Assembly: GCA_048213135.1 (NCBI GenBank)
Contig: PS015010.1
Coordinates: 124,001 to 188,000, forward strand
DNA from: Reclinomonas americana ATCC 50394
Lineage: Eukaryota
DNA length: 64,000 nt
Direction: 5' to 3'
Shown: one piece after another, positions 51,844-61,700 of the stretch
Numbering within the stretch: the stretch's first letter is position 1
Layout: each line of letters starts with the position of its first letter
Program-made: the position numbers and the translations under genes
Notes under the pieces: model-generated
Told to the model about the DNA's origin: nothing
Database searches by the model: none
Seen by the model: the letters and a program-made list of their open reading frames with translations, nothing else

Positions 51844-52467
51844 ATGCTACGATATTCCTGTATTGTCCTCGTCCTTTTTTTCAACCTGCATGCCACGGCC
51901 CAGCGTAACCGCAGCGATGAGGACCATGAGAATTTCTTCCGTTTCGGCGCCAAAGGCGGTGTCAACATCAACAAGATCCAGGGTAAGTCCTATAAAGAAG
52001 GCTTTAATTTCAACTTCCAGGCGGGCGGCTTCCTGCAGTTCAATTTCAGCAGGCGTTTCGGGATACAACCCGAAGTTAACTTTGTGCAGACCTCTTCTGA
52101 ATTTTCCAACGACCCCAATGATGTATACTACGATCTCTTCCTGGATGGTAACCAGAAAAAAGCCAAACTCAGCTACCTCGAAATACCTGTGCTGCTCAAT
52201 ATCAATGTGGGAGAAAGCAGGCGGATAAAATTACAGATCGGCCCTTCATACGGAGCCCTGCTCAAGCAAACGGTAGACAGCCTCAAGACTTCCGGCAATC
52301 TCTACAAAAACGCGGAGTGGAGCGCTATTGGTGGTTTGTGGATACAATTACCATTCATTAACCTGGGCGCCAGGTATAAACTGGGGCTGACCGATGTGAA
52401 TGCCATTGACGACCGGCAAACCTGGAAGAACCAGGCCATACAGGTTTTTGTGGGTGTTACTTTCTAA
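51844..52467 (+). CDS. Outer-membrane beta-barrel (porin family, PorT-like) protein
   Basis: FGAKGGVN, IQPEVNF, LSYLEIPVLL, GARY.LGL, terminal F. Confidence 0.85.
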   Translation: MLRYSCIVLVLFFNLHATAQRNRSDEDHENFFRFGAKGGVNINKIQGKSYKEGFNFNFQAGGFLQFNFSRRFGIQPEVNFVQTSSEFSNDPNDVYYDLFLDGNQKKAKLSYLEIPVLLNINVGESRRIKLQIGPSYGALLKQTVDSLKTSGNLYKNAEWSAIGGLWIQLPFINLGARYKLGLTDVNAIDDRQTWKNQAIQVFVGVTF

Positions 52468-52489
52468 AAGGAAATTTATACCGGATACT

Positions 52490-52528
52490 AAAAAACCTGC
52501 AAGGTCGTAAGCCTGCAGGTTTTTTTTA
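52490..52528 (+). terminator. Intrinsic terminator
   Basis: AAAAAACCTGCA...TGCAGGTTTTTTTT. Confidence 0.75.
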
Positions 52529-52623
52529 TGCGTGGAAACCCTGTTACCTGTTCTGTAAAAAACTGTATTTTGCTCCCGCCCGAACAGTTGGCCGGGCAGT
52601 TCATCATTTTAAAACCAAACAGC

Positions 52624-53343
52624 ATGCAGCAGGTAAGAACCGAGAATTTACTACTGATCGATGTGGAAACCGTATCGCAGCATCCCGTCTTTTCTTCACT
52701 CAGCGAAGAGTGGGGGCAGCTCTGGACAGACAAAGTGCAGAAGACATTGCCCGAAGATGTTTCCGCGGCAGCATTTTATGAGCAGCGGGCGGGTATTATG
52801 GCCGAGTTTGGAAAGATCATTTGCATCAGCATCGGTTATTTCAGGAAAGAGGGACAGGAGTTGCAGTTGCGGATAAAATCTTTTTCAGGCGATGATGAAC
52901 AACAGTTGCTTCAGGATTTCCTGCATACCGTTAACCAGATGGAAGCCGCGAATAACAAATGGAGTTTTTGCGGGCATAATATCAAAGAGTTCGATATTCC
53001 GTTTATCTGCCGGCGGCTGCTCATTAATGGTATTACTATTCCGGCCTATCTCGATTTTCAGAATATGAAGCCCTGGGAAACCAACCTGGTGGATACTTTC
53101 CAGTACTGGCGTTTTGGTGATTATAAAAATTATACCTCGCTCAACCTGCTGGCTGCCGCGCTGGGTGTACCATCGTCGAAAGATGATATTGATGGCAGCA
53201 TGGTAGGAGAGGTATACTGGAAAGAGAAAGACCTGCAGCGCATCGTTAACTATTGCCAGAAGGATGTAGTAACCACCGGTAACATTGTACTGCGCTTTAA
53301 AGGGCAGCCTTTGCTGAAACCGGAGCAGGTGGTGGTGGTGTAA
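52624..53343 (+). CDS. PolB-like 3'-5' exonuclease (DEDD family)
   Basis: ExoI DVET, ExoII HNIKEFDIPF, ExoIII YCQKDV. Confidence 0.88.
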   Translation: MQQVRTENLLLIDVETVSQHPVFSSLSEEWGQLWTDKVQKTLPEDVSAAAFYEQRAGIMAEFGKIICISIGYFRKEGQELQLRIKSFSGDDEQQLLQDFLHTVNQMEAANNKWSFCGHNIKEFDIPFICRRLLINGITIPAYLDFQNMKPWETNLVDTFQYWRFGDYKNYTSLNLLAAALGVPSSKDDIDGSMVGEVYWKEKDLQRIVNYCQKDVVTTGNIVLRFKGQPLLKPEQVVVV

Positions 53344-53367
53344 ATTCAAAAGTAAAAAGTCAAAATT

Positions 53368-53401
53368 AAAAATGGCAACTCCTGAACGGGTTGCCATTTT
53401 T
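53368..53401. terminator. Bidirectional terminator
   Basis: AAAAATGGCAAC.C-ctgaac-G.GTTGCCATTTTT between convergent genes. Confidence 0.8.
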
Positions 53402-53481
53402 ATATCTTCAAAATTTTACCAGGTCAATGATCACAGGTAAAGCTGCGATTTTTTACTTTTTAATTTTGACTTTTTACTTAT

Positions 53482-54522
53482 CTAATCCGCCTTCTTCAAC
53501 ATCATCACAAACACAGGAAAGTGATCACTGTACCCATAATTATAGGTAATACCATCCCAGGTACGTTTGCTGTAACCTTTGAATTTACCGGTAGACTGCA
53601 CCATGAATTCCTTGTTGAAAATAACCGGGCGCTGATAAAAATAACCGGCTTGTTCTTTATTCAGCCAGGCCTGTGAAAGGATGATCTGGTCAAACAGTCC
53701 CCAGGCGTCCTGGTAAGCCAGTGTGCCAATGCCTTTTTTATACATATCCACCCACGGATTGAAGAGCCCGCTTTCTTTCACATCTTTTTCCTTGCCTTTC
53801 GCGTTCAGTACCTTGGTTACACTCGGGCTGATGGGATCGTCATTCAGATCGCCCATCAATACTACTTTAGACATCGGGTTGATCTTCATAATGGAGTCTA
53901 TCGCCCTTTTACCTACAGATGCCGCGGCAGCCCTGGCAGGAATACTTCTTTCCTCACCGCCTGAACGTGAAGGCCAGTGATTGACAAACACATGAACGGT
54001 ATCGCCATCCATGATGCCTTTTACATAAAGTACATCACGGGTAAAATAAGAGTCCTTTGATCCGCCGGGGAGTTTTACAAAAAGAGGCGCACTGTACAGC
54101 GGGGTAAAATATTTCGGGTTATACAGCAATCCCACATCCACGCCACGGGCATCGGGGGAATTGTAATGAACGGTCTTCAGTTTCCGGGCCTTCAGTTTAG
54201 GCATACGGATCAGGTCATTCAGTACCGTGTCGTTCTCAATTTCGGCAACACCCAGTATGGCCAATCCGTCGGGGTTAATGTCGGTACCCATTTGGGAGAT
54301 TACATCCGACAAACGTGATAATTTATCCCAATATATCCGGCCGTTGTACTGCCTTTCACTGTTGGGGAGAAATTCTTCGTCATCTTTAAAAGGGTCATTG
54401 ATGGTATCGTAGAGGTTTTCGAGGTTGTAGAAACCGATCAGGGAGACCTTGTAATTGTGGGTTTGGGCTTGAGTGCACATGCTGATAATCAGCAGGTTGA
54501 ATACAAATACTATTTTTTTCAT
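53482..54522 (-). CDS. Secreted endonuclease/exonuclease/phosphatase (EEP) family nuclease
   Basis: Signal peptide; FYNLENLYD, GVAEIEN, NHWPSR, MGDLNDDP, FDQI, GYSDHFPV. Confidence 0.92.
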   Translation of the reverse strand: MKKIVFVFNLLIISMCTQAQTHNYKVSLIGFYNLENLYDTINDPFKDDEEFLPNSERQYNGRIYWDKLSRLSDVISQMGTDINPDGLAILGVAEIENDTVLNDLIRMPKLKARKLKTVHYNSPDARGVDVGLLYNPKYFTPLYSAPLFVKLPGGSKDSYFTRDVLYVKGIMDGDTVHVFVNHWPSRSGGEERSIPARAAAASVGKRAIDSIMKINPMSKVVLMGDLNDDPISPSVTKVLNAKGKEKDVKESGLFNPWVDMYKKGIGTLAYQDAWGLFDQIILSQAWLNKEQAGYFYQRPVIFNKEFMVQSTGKFKGYSKRTWDGITYNYGYSDHFPVFVMMLKKAD

Positions 54523-54669
54523 ACATTAATATAACGGCGTAAAGGTAATACTGTTAACCATTGAAAACCTTTACCGGCGCCAATATTTGCTAACAATAAC
54601 AGATTGTTAATCTTAATTTCATAATACAGTACTACTTTTGCCGATTCAAAACAAAAACTAATAAACTGT

Positions 54670-57270
54670 ATGTTGAGAAAAACAAAGAGGCTGGCTGGTA
54701 TTGTGGCCCTACTTACAGGATTTTCCCTAACCGCAACTGCCCAAGTTAAACCCCAACCCGGTAAAGAGAAACCCGTAACTCAAGCTACTATTGACTCCAA
54801 CCAGGTAGAAGAGATCAAGGAGGCGGGCAACGACAACATCCCCGTAATATCATTAGACGAAAATGATATGCAGGATGGCAGTGCCCAGAACATTTCTTCA
54901 CAACTGAGTGCCGGCAGAGACCCCTTCCTGCAGGCGGCTTCCTTCAAATTCGGCGCCGTTCGTTTCAGGGTAAGGGGATATGATGCCGATCTTTTCGGTA
55001 CATATATGAATGGTGCACCCATGGAAAACCTGGATAACGGGTTCACACCTTATGGTCTCTGGGGCGGACTGAACGACGTTATGCGCAATCGCGACGCGTC
55101 GCATGGTTTAAGGTCTACCACCTACGCGTTTGGCGACCTGGGAGGAACGACTTTCCTCGATACGCGGGCATCGCACCAGCGTAAACAAACCAGCATCAAC
55201 TATGCACTTTCCAACCGTAACTATGTACACCGTCTTATGGTGACGCACAGCTCAGGCCTTAATAAAAATGGCTGGGCTTATACCGTATCGGGCAGTCGCC
55301 GTTTTGCAGACGAAGGCTTTACCGATGGTACCTACTATGATGGCTGGTCATTTTTCGCGGCTGTTGACAAAAGAGTGAACGACAGGCACCTGCTGTCTCT
55401 CGTTGCTTTTGCCACACCAACGGAGAACGGCCGCCAGGGCGCTTCCACACAGGAAATGCTCGACATCGCCGGTACCAATTATTACAACCCTTACTGGGGT
55501 TACCAAAATGGTAAGAAAAGGAACGCCAGTGTGGCCAAGTCTTTTCAGCCGGTAGCTATTCTTACGCACGACTGGAAAATATCTGACAAGACAACACTGG
55601 TATCTGCGGCTTCTGTTACTTTCGGTAAAAGAAGTGTAAGCGGGCTGGACTGGTACAATGCTGCCGATCCGCGTCCTGATTACTACCGTTACCTGCCCAG
55701 CTACCAGCTTGACCCCGCCAATGCGGAACGTGTAAGGCAGGAGCTGATGAGTGATATCAACAAACGCCAGATCAACTGGGATAATTTATACCAGACCAAC
55801 TATGGTTCCTATGATGTGGTACACAATGCCAATGGCATCCCGGGAAATGATGTAAGCGGAAGAAGGTCGCACTACATTCTTGAAGACAGGGTGATCAACA
55901 CCACCAAGTATAATTTCAATACCACCATGAACAGCGCTGTTTCTGAACATGTATCGCTCAGCGGCGGTCTCAGTTTCCAGGCGCAGAAGAATCATTACTA
56001 TAAAACAGTGAATGATTTACTGGGTGGTGAATTTTATGTTGATGTGAACCAGTTTGCAGAAAGGGATTTCCCAACAAATCCCAACGCCGGTCAGAATGAC
56101 CTGAACAATCCTACCCGTATCCTGCACACAGGTGATAAGTTCGGTTACAATTATGACCTCAACATCATGAAGGGATCAGCATGGCTGCAGGGTGTGTTCA
56201 AATTCCGCAAGATTGATGTATTTGTGGCTACAGAACATTCCTACACCAGCTTCTTCAGGAAAGGCCGTGTTAAAACAGGCTTGTTCCCTGATAACTCTTA
56301 CGGAAAATCAGCCGTATATAATTTTTACAACTCCGCTATCAAAGGAGGCATAACTTATAAGATCGACGGACGTAACTATCTTTTCGCCAACGGTTCTTAC
56401 CAGTCAAGGGCGCCGTTCTTCGAGAATGCATTCCTTGCTCCAAGGACAAGGGACTTTGTACAGGACGACCTGAAATCTGAAGAAATTCTGTCAACCGAAG
56501 CCGGTTACGTGATGAATGCGCCGAAGCTGAAGATCAGGGCTACCGGTTATTATACCCAGTTCAAGAACCAGCTGAACGTATTGACTTTCTACAATGACGA
56601 GTACAAGAACTTTGTGAACTACGCACTGAGCAATATCGGTAAAATTCACATGGGCGTTGAGTTTGGCGCAGAAGCGAAAATCTACAAAGGTTTAAGCCTG
56701 AATGCCGCTGCCGCTATCGGTAAGTACTATTATAATACACGCCAGAAAGCGACAGTAACTGCAGACAACAGCTCCGCTATCCTGCAACTGGATGACGTGG
56801 TGTACTCTAAAAACTTTTATGTGCCCACACCACAGCAGGCATACACCATTGGTTTGGATTACCGTTCACCCCAGTTCTGGTTTGTTAACGTGAACTTCAA
56901 TTTCTTTGATAAGATGTACCTCGACTTTAACCCCATCCGCCGTACAGCCAGCGCCGTAAGCGGAGTAGAAGAAGGTTCACAGTTGTGGCACAACATCATT
57001 GATCAAACCAAACTGAAATCACAATACAGCCTCGACGCGTTTGCCGGTTATTCCTGGATGATGAACAGGAGGTTCAAGAGCCTGAAGAAAAGGACATACC
57101 TGGTATTCAATGTAGGTGTGAACAATATTCTTGATAACAGGGAGATCGTTTCCGGTGGTTTTGAACAACTGCGTTTCGATTTCGCTGAAAAAAATATTGA
57201 AAAATTCGGTAACAGGAATTTCTACTCTTATGGCATTAACTTTTTTGCCAGTGTAGGCGTTCGTTTCTAA
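54670..57270 (+). CDS. TonB-dependent receptor (non-SusC type found with nuclease loci)
   Basis: Signal peptide; FRVRGYD, WGGLND..RN, YNPYWGYQNG.KRN, DPRPDYYRYLPSY motifs; terminal F. Confidence 0.85.
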   Translation: MLRKTKRLAGIVALLTGFSLTATAQVKPQPGKEKPVTQATIDSNQVEEIKEAGNDNIPVISLDENDMQDGSAQNISSQLSAGRDPFLQAASFKFGAVRFRVRGYDADLFGTYMNGAPMENLDNGFTPYGLWGGLNDVMRNRDASHGLRSTTYAFGDLGGTTFLDTRASHQRKQTSINYALSNRNYVHRLMVTHSSGLNKNGWAYTVSGSRRFADEGFTDGTYYDGWSFFAAVDKRVNDRHLLSLVAFATPTENGRQGASTQEMLDIAGTNYYNPYWGYQNGKKRNASVAKSFQPVAILTHDWKISDKTTLVSAASVTFGKRSVSGLDWYNAADPRPDYYRYLPSYQLDPANAERVRQELMSDINKRQINWDNLYQTNYGSYDVVHNANGIPGNDVSGRRSHYILEDRVINTTKYNFNTTMNSAVSEHVSLSGGLSFQAQKNHYYKTVNDLLGGEFYVDVNQFAERDFPTNPNAGQNDLNNPTRILHTGDKFGYNYDLNIMKGSAWLQGVFKFRKIDVFVATEHSYTSFFRKGRVKTGLFPDNSYGKSAVYNFYNSAIKGGITYKIDGRNYLFANGSYQSRAPFFENAFLAPRTRDFVQDDLKSEEILSTEAGYVMNAPKLKIRATGYYTQFKNQLNVLTFYNDEYKNFVNYALSNIGKIHMGVEFGAEAKIYKGLSLNAAAAIGKYYYNTRQKATVTADNSSAILQLDDVVYSKNFYVPTPQQAYTIGLDYRSPQFWFVNVNFNFFDKMYLDFNPIRRTASAVSGVEEGSQLWHNIIDQTKLKSQYSLDAFAGYSWMMNRRFKSLKKRTYLVFNVGVNNILDNREIVSGGFEQLRFDFAEKNIEKFGNRNFYSYGINFFASVGVRF

Positions 57271-57305
57271 TCAATCATTAATAAAACTCTTTTAAAAAAT
57301 AAGTT

Positions 57306-58658
57306 ATGAACAAGATCCTGAAATTAATGGCAGCCGCAGCGCTGATTGTTTCGATGGGTACACTCAATTCATGTAAAAAAGATTTTGACAACCCGCCCGG
57401 GCCTTCTGATCCGGCCATGGTAGCCAACACGTCTATCAAAGACCTGAAAGCCATGCACACCACTGCCGGTGCATATGATATCATTACTTCCGACCTGGTG
57501 ATCTCCGGTATTGTTACCGCTGATGACGAGAGCGGTAACTTGTACAAACAACTGTTTATCCAGGATGCTACCGGTGGCCTGCAGATTTTGCTTGACGCCA
57601 ACAGCCTGTATGGTACCTATCCTGTGGGAAGAAGGATCTTCATTAAATGTAAAGACCTTTGCATCAGTGATTATAACGGTATGATGGAACTGGGTGTTAA
57701 AGCTACTGTTGCCGGTTTGCCTTCACTGGAAGGTATTCCTGCCGGTCTGATCAGCAAATACGTAGTAGGAGGTTCTATCAACAACCCGGTTACGCCGATT
57801 CTTGTTGACCAGAGCCAGCTGGGTACCAATATGCAGGATCCTTACCTGGGTTGCCTGATCCAGCTGAATGGGTATGAATTTGGTGATACTACAGTTACTT
57901 ATTCTGATACCTCTGTTTACAAAAGCACCGTTAACCTTGATATCAAAAGCTGCGCCGGCCAGTCTATTATTGTACGTACCAGCGCTTACGCCAACTTTGC
58001 CGGTAAAAAAGTACCTGGCGGCAATGGCAACATCGTAGCGGTATACACCACTTTCGGTACCACCAAGCAACTGTTGCTGCGTACCAATGAAGATGTTCAA
58101 TTCACAGGGGGCCGTTGCAACATTTTTGAAGAATATTTCAACTTCCTTACTTCTGCCAATAACAACCAGGATGTAACCATGTCCGGATGGAAAAACATTG
58201 CGCCTAACTCTACTGCTAACTACAAGTATACCGTTTTCGGTTCTACAGGTAAAGCCATAAAAGTTACCGCTTTCAATACCGGTCTTGCCAACGATACCGC
58301 CTGGCTGATCACACCGGCTATCGCACTGCCTGCAGGCACAAGTCCTAACCTGGGCTTCAGCACTGCTTACCAGTTTGCACAGGGTCCGACTGTACTGCAT
58401 GCTTTTGTGTCTACCAACTATAACGGAAGCAATACGCCTTCAACCTCTACCTGGACACAGCTGACCACCAACGCTAATATTCCTGCCAACACGGCTACCA
58501 ACAACTCCAGCACGTTCAGCACGCTTACCCCAACGGGTAACCTGAGCCTGGCTGCGTATGCCGGACAAACTGTTTACATCGCCTTTAAATATATGGGTGG
58601 TACAACAGGTAACAGGACAACCACTATCGAAATTGACGATATCAGGATTACGAGGTAA
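57306..58658 (+). CDS. DUF5689 (OB-fold) surface lipoprotein with C-terminal beta-sandwich
   Basis: Lipobox LNSC-KKDFD; G.VT.DDESGN.YK...IQD.TGG and RTS.YA.FA motifs; WLITP...YIAFKY domain. Confidence 0.8.
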   Translation: MNKILKLMAAAALIVSMGTLNSCKKDFDNPPGPSDPAMVANTSIKDLKAMHTTAGAYDIITSDLVISGIVTADDESGNLYKQLFIQDATGGLQILLDANSLYGTYPVGRRIFIKCKDLCISDYNGMMELGVKATVAGLPSLEGIPAGLISKYVVGGSINNPVTPILVDQSQLGTNMQDPYLGCLIQLNGYEFGDTTVTYSDTSVYKSTVNLDIKSCAGQSIIVRTSAYANFAGKKVPGGNGNIVAVYTTFGTTKQLLLRTNEDVQFTGGRCNIFEEYFNFLTSANNNQDVTMSGWKNIAPNSTANYKYTVFGSTGKAIKVTAFNTGLANDTAWLITPAIALPAGTSPNLGFSTAYQFAQGPTVLHAFVSTNYNGSNTPSTSTWTQLTTNANIPANTATNNSSTFSTLTPTGNLSLAAYAGQTVYIAFKYMGGTTGNRTTTIEIDDIRITR

Positions 58659-58734
58659 GACAATTTTATAAGCAATAAGAGTCATGTCGAAGGATATGAC
58701 TCTTATTGTTCTTCCATTATTACAAATTCAGTTT

Positions 58735-61700
58735 ATGAAAAAAATATTTACACTGGTAGTGTTGCTTATGGCTTCACTATTATCATTTTCCCAGTCGACT
58801 ACGATTGTTATCAGCCAGGTGTATGGTGGCGGTGGTGCTACTTCGGGTACGCCTACTTACATCAATGATTATGTGGAGCTGCATAATATCAGCAGTGTGA
58901 CGCAAAGCCTTACCGGTTTTTCTATCCAGTATGGTTCCGCCACCGGCAACTTTGCCGCTACTGCAACTAACCTTTACGCTTTTCCTGCCGGTACTTCCAT
59001 TCCTGCAGGCGGTTACCTGCTCATCCAGGTAGGCGGCGCCGGTACCGTGGGTGCGGCATTGCCTGTTACTCCGGATCTGATCACCACCAACCTTACCATG
59101 AGTGCCGCTTCCGGTAAAGTTGCATTGGCCAGCCAGGCTACCAGTCTCGCTTGTGGCGCTACAGCTACAACCTGTACTTTACCCAGTGCTTCTATTATTG
59201 ACCTTGTTTCTTTCGGCGCATCCAACAACGGCGAAGGTGGTACAACAGTGAACAACGGAACAGCGCTGAACAATACCCAGGGCGCTGTGCGTAAGACACT
59301 GGGCTGTACTGAAACAGACAACAACAACCTGGATTTTGACGTAGTGAACGCACCGGTACCCCGCAACAGCAGTTCTGCTGTTAACCTGTGCGGTGCTGCC
59401 AGCCCCACATTATCTGCTACCGCGCTTACCGCTTTCGGTAACGTATGTATCAATACTACGCCTGCTCCCAATTCATTTACCATCAACGGTACTACCCTTA
59501 CAGCAGCTAACGTTACCGTAGGTCCGCTGGCAGGTTATACCTTCTCAACTACATCTGGTGGTACGTATACTGCTTCGCTCAGTTTACCTCAGCCTGGTGG
59601 AACTTACACACAAGCTATTTTTGTAAACTTCACGCCAACTGCGGTTCAGTCTTATAATGGTAATATTCCGGTAGGTGGTGGAGGTGCTACCTCCATTAAC
59701 GTAGCTGCTTCCGGTGCTGGTGTCAACACAGCGCCTTCAGTTACAACAGGAGCGGCGAGTGCGATCACTTCTGTAAGCGCAACCCTGGCCGGTTCTATAA
59801 CTGCTACCGGCTGTTCTGCTGTTACTGCTTATGGTATCGAATACAGCACTACCAATGGTTTCCCTAATGGCACTGGTACACAGTCGCCCTCCAGTAACCT
59901 CAGCGGCGGTAACTTCAGTTCCAACGTAGCAGGTCTTGCTGCCAGCACTACTTATTATTATAAAGCTTATGCTACCAATGCTGGCGGTACTACTTACGGT
60001 ACACAGCAGCAGTTTACCACGGCAGCGCCTTCACCGGCATTGTCGGCCACTGCGCTGACCGCCTTTGGTAATGTATGTATCAATACTACAGCAGGTCCTA
60101 ATTCATTTACTATTACCGGTACTGCGCTCACGAATGCTAACGTAACGGTTGGTCCGCTTACCGGCTTTACCTTCTCTACCACTTCAGGTGGTACTTATAC
60201 TGCATCGCTGAGCATTACACAACCCGGTGGCGCTTTTTCACAAGCCATTTTTGTGAACTTTACACCAACCGCTGTACAATCCTACAATGGAAATATTCCA
60301 GTTGGCGGTGGTGGCGCTACTTCTATCAACGTAGCAGCTTCCGGCAGTGGTGTTAACAGCATGGCATCCGTAACCACAGGTGCGGCAAGTGCCATTACAA
60401 CTGTAAGCGCAACACTGGCTGGTTCTATTACCGCTACCGGTTGTTCTGCCGTTACCGCTTATGGTATCGAATACAGCACTACCAATGGTTTCCCCAATGG
60501 TACTGGTACTCAATTACCTTCCAGCAACCTCAGCGGCGGCAACTTCAGTTCCAACGCGGCAGGTCTTGCTCCCAATACGACTTACTACTATAAAGCCTAT
60601 GCTACCAATGCTGGCGGTACAGCTTATGGTACACAACAGCAATTCACTACGCAGTCACTGACGCCTGCTTTGTCGGCTACCCCGCTTGCAGCTTTCGGTA
60701 ACGTGTGTACGAATACAACTGCCGGTCCGAATTCATTTACCATTAGTGGCTCGGCGCTGACTACAGCCAATGTAACGGTTGGTCCGCTTACCGGCTATAC
60801 TTTCTCTACCACATCAGGTGGTACTTATACCGCTTCACTGAACCTTACACAACCAGGTGGAACTTATTCACAAGCCATCTTCGTAAGGTTTACGCCAACT
60901 GCTGTGCAGTCTTATGACGGAAATATTCCAGTTGGCGGTGGTGGTGCTGCTACGATTAACGTAGCGGCTTCCGGTTCAGGCATCAATACGGCACCATCTG
61001 TTACTACAGGTGCAGCCAGTGCCATTACTTCAATCTCTGCAACACTGGCGGGATCTATTCCTGCTACCGGTTGTACAGCGATTACCGCCTATGGTATTGA
61101 GTACAGCACTACCAATGGTTTCCCCAATGGCAGCGGTACACAGGTACCTGCGTCTAACCTGGCAGCTGGCAACTTCAGTTCCAATGTAGCCGGACTGGCG
61201 CCAACTACCACTTACTATTACAAAGCTTACGCTACCAATGCAGGTGGTACTACTTATGGTACACAGCAGTCATTTACTACAGCTACACCGGTACTTACTG
61301 CAACAGCGCTGACCGCTTTCGGTAACGTGTGTACGAACACTACTGCCGGCCCTAATTCATTTACCATTACAGGTACTAATCTTACCACGGCTAACGTAAC
61401 TGTTGGTCCGCTGGCAGGATTTACATATTCCACTACATCAGGTGGTACGTATACCACTTCACTGAGTCTTACTCAAACAGGCGGTGCTTATTCGCAGGCC
61501 ATCTTTGTAAGGTTCACGCCAACAGCAGTACAGTCTTACAACGGTAACATTGTTGTAGGTGGTGGCGGCGCAGCCAACATCAATGTTGCTGCATCAGGTG
61601 CCGGTATCAATACTGCTCCTTCCGTAACTACAGGCGCAGCCAGCGCTATTACGCAGTTGTCTGCAACCCTGGCGGGTGCTATTCCGGCGACGGGTTGTAC

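Noticed and set aside
52624..53343. 3'-5' exonuclease as a member of the DNA-foraging locus
   Set aside because: Convergent, separated by a terminator and lacking a signal peptide; linkage cannot be supported from sequence alone
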